From NCBI GenBank assembly GCA_963704725.1, contig OY969934.1, forward strand, positions 192,001-256,000: a stretch of DNA of 64,000 nucleotides, read 5' to 3'. The position numbers were made by a program, and so were the translations under genes. Under the pieces are notes generated by a model. It had not been told where the DNA came from. It saw only the letters and a program-made list of their open reading frames with translations, and did not search any database. The stretch comes from an uncultured Actinomycetes bacterium. GTDB taxonomy: Bacteria > Actinomycetota > UBA4738 > HRBIN12. This document shows, piece after piece, positions 38,392 through 47,758 of this stretch (position 1 is its first letter; each line of letters begins with the position of its first letter).

Positions 38392-39735
38392 TCAGGACGA
38401 GGAGGGCATGCCCGGCACGAGTACGACCACCGCGGCAAGGAGGCACCACGCCGTCGCCAGGCCGCTCGCAGCCCGGGCGCCCGCCACCCCCCCGGGGACC
38501 CGGAAGGGGCGCGGCACGTCCGGCATCGATCGCCGAAGGCGCACCAACGCCGGGAAGACCGCGACGTTTGCCAGCGCGAGGAGCGCGATCGACAGGGCGA
38601 GGACGATCCCGAAGTAGCGATCGCCGTCGTCACCGGTGATCGCGAAGGCCGTTGCCGAGGTCACCGTCGCGACCACGCCGGAGAGCAGCAGCATCGCCAC
38701 CGGAGTGCCGGTGCGAGGTGAGAAGCGGCCCAGCCGTTGCGGACCCGCGCCATCCAGGCACGCGACCGCTTGACTCCTCGCCGAGCTCATCACCCAGGCC
38801 AGCCCGTTGGTGAGCAGGACCAGCAGGAAGCTCGCTGCTGCGAGGGTGCCGAGGATGCTGCCCGCGCCCGTGAGAACGTGCCGCCCGTCGGCCGTCTCAT
38901 AGCCGCCGTACACCGTGAACACCGCCTTCATCGCGTCGATGAAGCCTCCGAGCCCGGTGATGCGCCCCGTCGGCAGGACGACGAGGATCGCGAGCGTCGG
39001 CACGCCGTACATGAGGACGGTGAGGATCCCCGCGCGCCAGATCGCCGCCGGAACATCACGCCGCGCGTCGCGCATCTCCCCGGCGGCGGAGGAGGGCAGC
39101 TCGAAGCCGAGGAAGCAGTACACGAGCACCGGCGCCACGACGACCAAGCCGCCCCAGGCGGGCATGAACCCCGTCGCGCTCACGCCGTGCAGGCCGTGGG
39201 CGAGGGCGTAGACGACGACGGTCCCGGTGAAGAGCCCGAGCAGCGCGAATTGCGTGATCGCGCCCGTCGCCGTGACCCACCTCCCCTTCGAGATGGGCAT
39301 CACGGCGGCGAGGATGGCGGTCCAGACGAATGCGAGCGCGACCTCGACGCGAACGGCACCGTGCAGCGGCACCACGAACTCGTTCGTGACGGTGACGGCC
39401 GTGATGGCCAGGGAGCCGCCGAGCCAGACGGGAGCCTCGATCCAGTAGCAGAAGGAGCTCAGGGCGCCGACGAGGCGGCCGAAGGCGAGCGCCACCCAGA
39501 CGTACGGGGCACCCTCCATCGGGAACGCCGACCCGAGCTCGGCCACGACGAGGGCGGCGGGGACGAAGAACAGCGCGGCGACGACCGCCAGCCAGGTCAG
39601 GGCCTCCGCACCGCCGCTGGCGACGGCGCCGATCGTGTCGATGGCGACGATCCCGGTGACGAGGAGCCAGACGGCGTCGAAGCGGCCGAGCTCGCGCCGG
39701 AGCCGGAGCCCGCCCGTCCACGCGATCGTCTCCAC
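38392..39735 (-). CDS. APC-family amino acid permease
   Basis: LRRELG, AELGSAFP.EG, FLGFE...AGE, RPFRVP; about 11 TM segments. Confidence 0.88.
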   Translation of the reverse strand: METIAWTGGLRLRRELGRFDAVWLLVTGIVAIDTIGAVASGGAEALTWLAVVAALFFVPAALVVAELGSAFPMEGAPYVWVALAFGRLVGALSSFCYWIEAPVWLGGSLAITAVTVTNEFVVPLHGAVRVEVALAFVWTAILAAVMPISKGRWVTATGAITQFALLGLFTGTVVVYALAHGLHGVSATGFMPAWGGLVVVAPVLVYCFLGFELPSSAAGEMRDARRDVPAAIWRAGILTVLMYGVPTLAILVVLPTGRITGLGGFIDAMKAVFTVYGGYETADGRHVLTGAGSILGTLAAASFLLVLLTNGLAWVMSSARSQAVACLDGAGPQRLGRFSPRTGTPVAMLLLSGVVATVTSATAFAITGDDGDRYFGIVLALSIALLALANVAVFPALVRLRRSMPDVPRPFRVPGGVAGARAASGLATAWCLLAAVVVLVPGMPSSS

Positions 39736-39911
39736 CGGCCGGACGGTATGGTCCGGCGACGAGTGGTAGCGACGGGGATTCCCCTAGAGTTGACCCGCGA
39801 ACCCCTACCATCGATCCGGGCCGATCCGGGGCGGGGCTGTTGGCCGGATCCCTCACGCACGGCGACGGTTCCGTCGGCATCCAGGCCGAGCGGCAGCGGG
39901 GACGGCCAGCT

Positions 39912-40427
39912 TCACTCGTCGGGCAGCCAGGCCTGTTCGTACGTCATCGCCGATCCCAGCTCGTTCCTCGCCTCTTGGTGGAGCAGGGTCCCGGTCCACG
40001 AGCGCCATGTTCGTGGCGACAGTTCCAGCGCCACGTCGTCGAGCTTCGACCATGCCCGCTCGATCGCCTCGGTGGCGCCCGGTACGAGGTATTTCGCGCG
40101 CAGGCGTCGATTGAGCTCCTGGGCATCAGCGCCGTCGATGACCCTCGCGACGCCCTCCCCGGCGACCATGAGGGTCCGACCGGTGGAGGCGCGGGCCTGC
40201 ACGAGGAAGGTGGTGGTGGGACGCGCACGGACGTTCCGGGCCTTCCGCGTCACCGACGATGTCTCGACGTACACGCGCCCCTGATCGTGGAGGAACAGGA
40301 CGTACGTGAGGTGGATCGAGCCGTCCTCGTTCAGCGTCCCCATCGTCGCCGCGACACGCTTCGACAGGACGTCCTCGATCTCCTCAGGGCTCGGATGAAG
40401 CCGATAGACCTCCGTCGCCGTTGCCAG
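39912..40427 (-). CDS. Pyridoxamine 5'-phosphate oxidase family (split beta-barrel) protein
   Basis: GTLNEDGSIH, RKARNVRARP; probable CTG start 6 nt after GGAGGT. Confidence 0.8.
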   Translation of the reverse strand: MATATEVYRLHPSPEEIEDVLSKRVAATMGTLNEDGSIHLTYVLFLHDQGRVYVETSSVTRKARNVRARPTTTFLVQARASTGRTLMVAGEGVARVIDGADAQELNRRLRAKYLVPGATEAIERAWSKLDDVALELSPRTWRSWTGTLLHQEARNELGSAMTYEQAWLPDE

Positions 40428-40546
40428 GTCTTCACCTCCCCGTGTCGTGGTCGCCCAACCTAGCCCATCGATCCGCGGATCCGCGCGGGCAACGGAGTCC
40501 CATCTCCTCTGCCGTCCTCCCTCAGGAGGTCAGGATGCTACGATGG

Positions 40547-40564
40547 AAACTGACCAGTCGGTTT
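40547..40564. promoter_or_regulatory. Candidate TetR operator
   Basis: Near-palindrome AAACTGACCAGTCGGTTT just after a TACGAT -10 upstream of the TetR gene. Confidence 0.55.
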
Positions 40565-40614
40565 GCAAGTCGCTCTGACCGTGGGATTCGGCCACCAGGC
40601 CGGGAGGCGATGCG

Positions 40615-41211
40615 GTGCCACGCTTGGCTCCATCCGTCCGAAACGAGCGTCGTCAGCAGCTGATCGATGCCGCGTGGCGGTGTGCCTCGCGGCGGGGTTT
40701 CCAGTCGCTCACGGTGGACGAGGTCTGCGAGGAGGCGGGGGTCTCCAAGGGCTCCTTCTACGGCTACTTCGATCAGAAGCAGGACCTGCTCCTCGCGCTC
40801 CTGGAGGACGACGCCGCGGGCGTCGACGCGATCATGCAGGACGTTCGCCGATCCGACGCCACGGGCGTCGAGCGACTGCGTCGACTGGTCCGAGCGATGC
40901 TCGAGCGTGGCGAGGATCCAGCGCGGCTGCAGGTTCGCGCCGACCTGTGGGCGGAGATGTCCGCGAACCTTGCGGTTCGTGAACGGTTCGCCGAGGTGGT
41001 CCGCGATCGCCGTATCGCGCTGAGATCCTGGATCGAGGAGAGCATCGAACGTGACGAGCTGGCCGCGATCCCGGCGAACGCGCTCGCGGCCATCCTGCTG
41101 GCTCTCGGCGACGGCTTGATGCTCCACGCGGGGTTGGACCCCGCGGGGTTCCGATGGGCGAACGTCCAACGAGCCCTCGCCGCCCTTCTCGACGGTCTCG
41201 CACAGCCGTGA
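40615..41211 (+). CDS. TetR/AcrR-family regulator
   Basis: HTH region LTVDEVCEEAGVSKGSFYGYF..K. Confidence 0.93.
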   Translation: MPRLAPSVRNERRQQLIDAAWRCASRRGFQSLTVDEVCEEAGVSKGSFYGYFDQKQDLLLALLEDDAAGVDAIMQDVRRSDATGVERLRRLVRAMLERGEDPARLQVRADLWAEMSANLAVRERFAEVVRDRRIALRSWIEESIERDELAAIPANALAAILLALGDGLMLHAGLDPAGFRWANVQRALAALLDGLAQP

Positions 41212-41245
41212 GCATCCTGCGGAACCCGATCCAGGTGCGGGACGC

Positions 41246-43306
41246 GTGAACCTGTCGGGGTTCGGGTCTCGAGCTCTGGGCGGTGCTTCGGCTCGCCTGC
41301 GGCGGACCGGCTACCTCCGCAAATGGATCATCTTGGGGTTCCTGATCGGGATCGTGGCCGGGCTGGGGGCCATCCTGTTCACGACGGCGCTCGACTGGGC
41401 GAGCCGGTTCTTCCTCGGGACCCTGGCCGGCTACACACCGCCCTCGCCGTTCGGGGAGGGGCACTCCTTCGGGTCCGGGTCCCACTTCGCGCGTCCCTGG
41501 GTGATCCCGCTCGTCGTCGCGCTCGGAGGTTTGATCTCGGGGGTCCTCGTCTTCTCGCTGGCGCCCGAGGCCGAGGGACACGGGACCGATGCGGCGATCG
41601 CGGCCGTCCACCACGGTCCGCGCGGCATCCGAGCGCGCGTCTCGGCGCTCAAGATCGTGGCGTCGGCGATCACGATCGGCTCGGGAGGATCGGGCGGGCG
41701 GGAAGGACCCACAGCGCAGATCAGCGCGGGGTTCGGGTCCATGTTGTCCCGGTGGCTCGACCTCACGCCGGCCGACGCGCGGATCGCCGTGACCGTGGGC
41801 ATCGGCTCCGGGATCGGGGCGATCTTCCGGGCGCCGCTCGGCGGCGCGATCCTGGGAGCCGAGGTGCTGTACCGCGACGACGTCGAGGTCGAGGCGCTGA
41901 TCCCCTCGATCGTCGCGTCGATCATCGGCTTCGCCACGTTCGGGGCCGTCGAGGGGTTCACGCCGATCTTCGGGGTGCTCCGCGGCTACCGGTTCGACCA
42001 CCCACTGCAGCTCGTCTACTTCGGGGCGATCGGGGTCGCGGCGGGGCTCGTCGGCCGTCTGTATGCAGGATCGTTCTACGGCATCACCCGGCTCGCCCGG
42101 CGGGTCCCGGGCAGCCGGATGCTGAAGCCCGCGGCGGCCGGGTTGCTCGTCGGCCTGATGGCCCTTGCGGTGCCGCAGATCCTCGGCACCGGGTACGGAT
42201 GGGTACAAGCGGCGATGGGGCCGCGACTTCTCACGCTGCCGTTGTGGATCGTGATCGCGCTGCCGTTCGCCAAGATCCTCGCGACCTCGCTCTCGATCGG
42301 GTCGGGCGGCTCGGGCGGCATCTTCGGACCGGGGATGGTCATCGGCGGCTTCCTCGGCGCGGGAGCGTGGCGGCTGCTGTCCGACCTGCCGGGGGTCCCT
42401 GCCACCCCGGCGCCGTTCGTGGTCGTCGGCATGATCGCCTGCTTCGGCAGCATCGCGCATGCGCCGATCGCGGTGATGCTGATGGTCGCGGAGATGACGG
42501 GGAGCCTTCAGCTCCTCGCGCCGGCCATGGTCGCCGTAGGGCTGGCCGCACTCGCCGTCGGCGACGCCACGATCTACACGAGCCAGATCAAGAACCGAAC
42601 GGAATCCGGGGCCCACGGCTTCCGCTTCGGTCTTCCCCTACTCGCCGCGGTTCCCGTGTCGGAGGCGATGCGAACGCCCCGGCTCGTGCTCGACGACGAG
42701 TCCTCCGTTCGCGAGGCCTTCGATGCCCTCGCCGCGCTCGGAATGGCGGGTGCTCCGGTCCGGGATGGGGGAGGCAGATTCAGGGGCTCGGTCGAGATCC
42801 AGCGTCTGGCCGACCGCGATCCCGGGGAGGCGGTGGGACGCGCCTGCGATCCGAGAGGTCCGACGGTACCGCTCGACGCGAACCTGGACGCCGTCGTGGA
42901 GATCCTGGCCGTCGACCACGTGGCCCGGGTCACGGTCCTGGACGTTGACCGCCGGATCGTGGGAGTGGTGGCGGCGTCCGACGTCGTGCGCGCGTACCGG
43001 GGGTGGTTGGAGCAGAGCCTCCGGCGCCTGGGCTCGACCTTCCGAGGGGCGACCCTGCTCGAGGAGGAGGTGCGGGAGGGCAGCGAGTCGGACGGTCGAG
43101 CCGTCTCGGACGGCGCGTGGCCTGCGGGGACCTTGATCATCGCCATCCAACGGGGCGAGCAGCTCGTCTTCCCCGAGTCCGGAACGACGCTCCATGCGGG
43201 CGATGTCGTGAGCATCCTCGCTCCGGCCGGCAAGGAGGACGCGCTCCGACTCATGACCGGCCGCGACGGCGCGGACGAGAGCACCGACGATGAGGCGATG
43301 ATCTAG
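41246..43306 (+). CDS. ClC chloride channel/antiporter with CBS and TrkA-C domains
   Basis: GHGTD, GREGP, GGIFGP motifs; CBS pair; C-terminal 'I.R.....P....LHAGD'. Confidence 0.9.
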   Translation: MNLSGFGSRALGGASARLRRTGYLRKWIILGFLIGIVAGLGAILFTTALDWASRFFLGTLAGYTPPSPFGEGHSFGSGSHFARPWVIPLVVALGGLISGVLVFSLAPEAEGHGTDAAIAAVHHGPRGIRARVSALKIVASAITIGSGGSGGREGPTAQISAGFGSMLSRWLDLTPADARIAVTVGIGSGIGAIFRAPLGGAILGAEVLYRDDVEVEALIPSIVASIIGFATFGAVEGFTPIFGVLRGYRFDHPLQLVYFGAIGVAAGLVGRLYAGSFYGITRLARRVPGSRMLKPAAAGLLVGLMALAVPQILGTGYGWVQAAMGPRLLTLPLWIVIALPFAKILATSLSIGSGGSGGIFGPGMVIGGFLGAGAWRLLSDLPGVPATPAPFVVVGMIACFGSIAHAPIAVMLMVAEMTGSLQLLAPAMVAVGLAALAVGDATIYTSQIKNRTESGAHGFRFGLPLLAAVPVSEAMRTPRLVLDDESSVREAFDALAALGMAGAPVRDGGGRFRGSVEIQRLADRDPGEAVGRACDPRGPTVPLDANLDAVVEILAVDHVARVTVLDVDRRIVGVVAASDVVRAYRGWLEQSLRRLGSTFRGATLLEEEVREGSESDGRAVSDGAWPAGTLIIAIQRGEQLVFPESGTTLHAGDVVSILAPAGKEDALRLMTGRDGADESTDDEAMI

Positions 43307-43497
43307 GCGGCTCTGCGACCCGCTCCGCTCCGTAGGATGGATGGCGGATCTGCCCGGGGACAAGAGGGGGTCCCGCATGGTTCGAAAGAGGCCATACCGC
43401 CGCGATGGTGGCCGTCCTACGATCGGGCTGCCCGGAGCCGGGCGGCATGCTCGCCTGCTCCGGCGTTGGCTGATCTGCCGAGGGGAGTGAGACACCG

Positions 43498-43899
43498 GTG
43501 ACGATCGGTGAGGCTGCCATCCTTGCGATCGGCTCGATCGCGCTCGTCGTGAACCTCGCGGCGTTCCGCGATGCGAGGCGGATGGACCGCTGGGTCCGAA
43601 GGGTCGGGGGGGTCCGAGCCGCGCGCATCGCTCGATCACCGGTCCGGCGTTCGGCGCTACGGATCCTGGCCTCCCTTGGTGCCGTCCTGGTCGGGGGTCT
43701 GGCGTCCCTGACACCTGGGAGGTTCTCCGGAACGGGTTGGGGCCTCGGGGTCGGGATCGTGGCCGGCATCGCGGGGTTCTGCGCCGTCCTTGCGGCCTCG
43801 GTCCTGGACTACTGGGACAGATACGACGTCCGACGCGGCGTCATCCGTGAGCTCATGGCGGAGCAGGGCGAGCGAGTCGCCGGCACCTCCCCCTCCTAG
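43498..43899 (+). CDS. Hypothetical membrane protein
   Basis: Three hydrophobic segments; RBS GAGGGGAG. Confidence 0.6.
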   Translation: MTIGEAAILAIGSIALVVNLAAFRDARRMDRWVRRVGGVRAARIARSPVRRSALRILASLGAVLVGGLASLTPGRFSGTGWGLGVGIVAGIAGFCAVLAASVLDYWDRYDVRRGVIRELMAEQGERVAGTSPS

Positions 43900-43993
43900 C
43901 GCCGGGCGTAGTTCACCGCGGTGATGCGCTCAGCCAGCACGGGAACGAGCTGGGAGACGGGCGGCGCCCGGGAGGCCGGCGGGCTTCGGGCCG

Positions 43994-44698
43994 CTACCCC
44001 TTCGTGAAGTTGAGCGCGAACTCGAGCACGCCGTGGTCCTCGGTGGTGACGGGCCCGAAGCTCGGGTTCGAGATGCCCCAATCCGCGAACGTGATCGGGA
44101 CCTGGCCGGCGATCCGGACCACGGATCCCGAGTATCGGCCGCTGATCTCGAACATCGTCGTCTTCGTGACGCCGTGCAGCGTCAGCTCACCCGTTGCCCG
44201 GACCGTGCGCTCCTCGTTCTGGGCGGGGATCGATCCGAGCTCGATCGGATCTGTGAGCTCGAACGTCGCGGTCGGAAACGTGGCCGTCTCCATGATGCGT
44301 CCGTCGAACTGGGCGTCCCGGCGGGACTCGTCGCTCGTCACGGTGGTCATGTCGACGGTGAACGCGGCCTCCGTGATCGTCGTCCCGCTGATCGTGATCG
44401 AGCCCGTGACCGCGTCGGTCCGCCCGACGGCTTCGTTCGATTGACCGAAGAGCACCTCCTCGACGCGGTAGCCCACAACAGATCCGTCCATGACGCGCCA
44501 CGTGCCGTCCGCGGCCGCCCCGCCCTCGGTGGCCGACCCCGTCCCGCCCGAGGCGTCCGCGGAAGGCGTGTCGAGTGACAGCGGATCCGGCGCGGGGCCC
44601 TCGATGACGTGGATATAGACCCATGGGCCGCCGACGAACACGACGACCGCGATCCCCAGGCCGATCGCGAGCCAACGCCTCCAACTCCAAGACCGCAT
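43994..44698 (-). CDS. YceI-family protein with N-terminal TM
   Basis: VGYRVEE, VDMTTVTSD..RRD, G.LTLHGVTK. Confidence 0.88.
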   Translation of the reverse strand: MRSWSWRRWLAIGLGIAVVVFVGGPWVYIHVIEGPAPDPLSLDTPSADASGGTGSATEGGAAADGTWRVMDGSVVGYRVEEVLFGQSNEAVGRTDAVTGSITISGTTITEAAFTVDMTTVTSDESRRDAQFDGRIMETATFPTATFELTDPIELGSIPAQNEERTVRATGELTLHGVTKTTMFEISGRYSGSVVRIAGQVPITFADWGISNPSFGPVTTEDHGVLEFALNFTKG

Positions 44699-44820
44699 CG
44701 CATGCCCTCCCTGTCCGCGGTTCGATCACGTCCGCTCGCGGATTCCGAGCGGGAAGTCAATCGCGGGATGCTGAGAGCGACCTGTGAGGCCGAGAGCTGC
44801 CGATGATACCCAGGGACCCC

Positions 44821-45165
44821 TCAGCCGAGGTCGTCGTACGCTGCCGCGACGCGCTTGGGGACGACCATGCGCCAGGCCTCGACGACGAGCTCGCGCATCT
44901 CGGACTCATCGATGGCGGCGAGGCGCACCACGAGCCACCGGTACCGGAGGTCGCCGCGGTCGGGCATCACGAACTTCTCCGGCTCCGAACGCACCATGGC
45001 CTCACGCTCCTCCTTCGGGAACGCGAACCCCATCTCCGTCTCGTCGCGTGAGAACGCCAGGTAGACGATCCGGCCGACGCGGAACTTCACCCGGTCACGC
45101 ACCAGCGCCTCCGTGGTCCGCGGCAGCGTCAGAGCCAGGACGCGAACGTCCTCGATCGTCACCAC
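44821..45165 (-). CDS. MmcQ/YjbR-family protein
   Basis: ALTLP, FRVG, ELVVEAWRMVVPKR. Confidence 0.82.
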   Translation of the reverse strand: MVTIEDVRVLALTLPRTTEALVRDRVKFRVGRIVYLAFSRDETEMGFAFPKEEREAMVRSEPEKFVMPDRGDLRYRWLVVRLAAIDESEMRELVVEAWRMVVPKRVAAAYDDLG

Positions 45166-45209
45166 GACGGACGAGCCTAGCCCGCCCCGCCGACGAGGCC
45201 GGGTGGCAG

Positions 45210-46022
45210 CTACCCGAGCGGTCGCCGTCCGGCCGAGACCTCGGACTGGCACGACGGACAGAGCCACGTCGTTCGCCCCGCCGCCGTGAGGCGCTCCAGG
45301 GGCGTTCCGCACCGGGGGCACCGCGCGTCGGGGAGCCCGCGAACGGGGAACAGCCACGATCGCTTGCGGGGCACGGAGTCGTAGCGGTCGACAGACTCCT
45401 TCAGCACGGCGTGCAGCACGCGGAACAGCTCACGGCGATCGTCCTCGGCCAGCGTGTCGATCAGGCGGCGCGGGTGCAGCCTCGCCTGCCACAGGATCTC
45501 GTCGGCGAGCAGGTTCCCCACCCCGGCCACGAACGTCTGGTCCATCAACGCCGCCTTGACCCCTCCCCGCCGCCCGGCGAGACGTTCCAGGAACGCGGTC
45601 CGTCGGATCGCGAGCGCGTCCGGGCCGAGGTGCCCGACCACGGCTCGAGCCCCCTCGTCGTTCAGCGCGAGCCACACGCCGCCCAGCTTGCGCATGTTCC
45701 GGTACCGGATCTCGGTCCCGTCGTCGAGCTCGACGATCACGCGGTCCCATCGATGGCGCGACGGGACGTCGACGCTCGAGTTGAGCTCGCCGGTCATCCC
45801 GAGGTGCAGGAGGAGCCCCGGCCCGTCGGTCCAGCACAGGAGCCACTTGCCGATCCGATCCGGCTCCAGGAAGGTCCGGCCCCGCAGGGCGCCGGCCAGG
45901 TCCCGCGGCTCCGCGTTCCGCACGATCGAGGCGTCCGTGACCTCGATCCGCACGACGCGACGGCCGGCGGCGTGGCGAGCGAGGTACCGGCGCGCGCTCT
46001 CGACGTCGGGGAGCTCGGGCAT
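45210..46022 (-). CDS. Fpg/Nei-family DNA glycosylase
   Basis: N-terminal PELPDVE, HLGMTG, H2TH GVGN..ADE, zinc finger CPRC...CPSCQ. Confidence 0.93.
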   Translation of the reverse strand: MPELPDVESARRYLARHAAGRRVVRIEVTDASIVRNAEPRDLAGALRGRTFLEPDRIGKWLLCWTDGPGLLLHLGMTGELNSSVDVPSRHRWDRVIVELDDGTEIRYRNMRKLGGVWLALNDEGARAVVGHLGPDALAIRRTAFLERLAGRRGGVKAALMDQTFVAGVGNLLADEILWQARLHPRRLIDTLAEDDRRELFRVLHAVLKESVDRYDSVPRKRSWLFPVRGLPDARCPRCGTPLERLTAAGRTTWLCPSCQSEVSAGRRPLG

Positions 46023-46088
46023 CGACACAGTGTGCTCGATGCCGCCGACCCTCACCTGCCCTTCGCGGCCGAGCGGGTGGTCCTGGGC

Positions 46089-46523
46089 TCAGTCCGTCGA
46101 CGGCTCCCGCCACGGCCCCTGGCCGTAGATCCGGTTCACCGTGACGTGGACGACGACGCCGTCGGGAACGTCGCGCATCGGGTACCGCTGGCCCGGGCCG
46201 AGGTAGGCGGCGGCCAGTCGGTCCATCACCGCGAGCGCGCCGCCCTCGGTGATCCGCGCGGTCCCTTCGACGACGAGGTAGGGATGGAGTCCCTCCCCCG
46301 TGTACTCCTTCGCCATGAAGGACATGACGATGCGCGGGTCTCGGCTGAGGTTCCGGAGCTTGGCCTGGTCCAGCGCGTAGAAGGTGGCGCACACGATCTC
46401 GTCCCCGTCGAACCCGGCCCACGCCAGCGTGACGTGCGGGGTCCCGTCCGGGCCGAGCGTGACCACGTGAGCGTACGGACCGGTGGCGAGGAGGTCGCGG
46501 ACCGACGGCGGGATCGATGTCAC
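46089..46523 (-). CDS. PPOX-class F420-dependent oxidoreductase-like protein
   Basis: TL.PDG.PHVT..W, K.RNL.RDPR. Confidence 0.85.
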   Translation of the reverse strand: MTSIPPSVRDLLATGPYAHVVTLGPDGTPHVTLAWAGFDGDEIVCATFYALDQAKLRNLSRDPRIVMSFMAKEYTGEGLHPYLVVEGTARITEGGALAVMDRLAAAYLGPGQRYPMRDVPDGVVVHVTVNRIYGQGPWREPSTD

Positions 46524-47638
46524 GGCCCAGGGATTCTAGGCAGCCCCCCCGAACTCGCGGCCCCGGGTTGGGGCCCGTCGCGCTGGGTCTCGTCCTCCGG
46601 CGCGACCCAGGGCCGGTCCGGCAGGATCATCGCGCTGCTCGTGGCCATGGCCACCGTCCGACCGTCGGCGTCGTCCACGGTCGCGGTGGTGACGGCCACG
46701 GTTCGGCCGCGGCGGGCCACGGCCGCTCGCGCCAAGAGCTCCCGGTCGTCCGGCGTCACGGGCCGGAGGAAGTCGACCTTGAGGTCGAGCGTGCCGAACG
46801 ACGTTCCCGCGGGCAGCGTGGTCGTGATGGCCACTCCGATCGCCGCGTCGGCCAGGAGCGCGAGCGCGCCGCCGTAGAAGGTGCCGAGCGCCGTCGAGAA
46901 CCACGGGGAGGCGGGCATGGAGCACGCGGCGGTCCCGTCGCCCGTGTCGCGCAGGCGCCACCCGGTCAGGTGGCAGACCGGCGGCCGTTCCAGCTCGTGG
47001 TCGAGCAGCATCCGCGCCAGCTCCCGGCCCGGCGTGTCGTTCCATCGCGCCTGAGGGATCGGGCCGCCCTCCACCGGACGGCGGAACGGATCGGAGCCCT
47101 CGTCATCGGATGCCACGACCGGGAAGTCCCCGGGAGGAGGCGGCGGCTCGAACGGGATGGGTCGAAGCAGACACCGGGACGTCGCGTGCGCGAGCAGACT
47201 CCCGCCGTCGTCCTCGACGAGCACCTCCGACAGGCCCTGCTGACGGCCGACGTGGATCGTGCTCCCGCGAGCGCGGATGCGTTCGCTCGCGGGTGTCGCG
47301 GGCCGAACGAAGCTCATCGAGATCGACGACGTGACGACGGCGACGCCCGCCGGAACGGCCGAGTAGATCGCGCAGGCCAGGGCGCCGTCGGACGCGAACG
47401 CGAGGGCGCCGCCCGGGAACAGGCCGGTGGCGGTCAGCCACCACGGGCTGGCGGGCATCTCCCACGTCGAGCTGCCGAGGCCCACATCGACGATGCTCAG
47501 CCCCGTCAGTCGCTGCACGGGCGGAGCGGGCACGCGGGCTTCGACGAAGGCTCGGAGCTGATCCAGTCCGGAGAGCGCGAACAGGCCTGGCTGCTCGAGG
47601 TACGCGTGCCGGCCCCGGACGACCTCGGTCGAGATCAC
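46520..47638 (-). CDS. Double hotdog-fold PaaI-family thioesterase
   Basis: Two hotdog units (GG.LA...D.A; F.RP; V/RGR). Confidence 0.85.
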   Translation of the reverse strand: MISTEVVRGRHAYLEQPGLFALSGLDQLRAFVEARVPAPPVQRLTGLSIVDVGLGSSTWEMPASPWWLTATGLFPGGALAFASDGALACAIYSAVPAGVAVVTSSISMSFVRPATPASERIRARGSTIHVGRQQGLSEVLVEDDGGSLLAHATSRCLLRPIPFEPPPPPGDFPVVASDDEGSDPFRRPVEGGPIPQARWNDTPGRELARMLLDHELERPPVCHLTGWRLRDTGDGTAACSMPASPWFSTALGTFYGGALALLADAAIGVAITTTLPAGTSFGTLDLKVDFLRPVTPDDRELLARAAVARRGRTVAVTTATVDDADGRTVAMATSSAMILPDRPWVAPEDETQRDGPQPGAASSGGLPRIPGP

Positions 47639-47758
47639 CCGCCGATGGTACCGAGGGTCGAGCGCGTGAACCCGGTGCGCTCGGCCGCGGCGGGCCGGCT
47701 CGAATGGCCCCGGACGGCTCGCCCCGCTCCTCGGCGCGCCCGTCCGTATCCTGAGAGC

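Noticed and set aside
35812-44760. Possible genomic island at tRNA-Ser
   Set aside because: The content looks accessory, but I found no integrase, transposase or duplicated tRNA 3' end.
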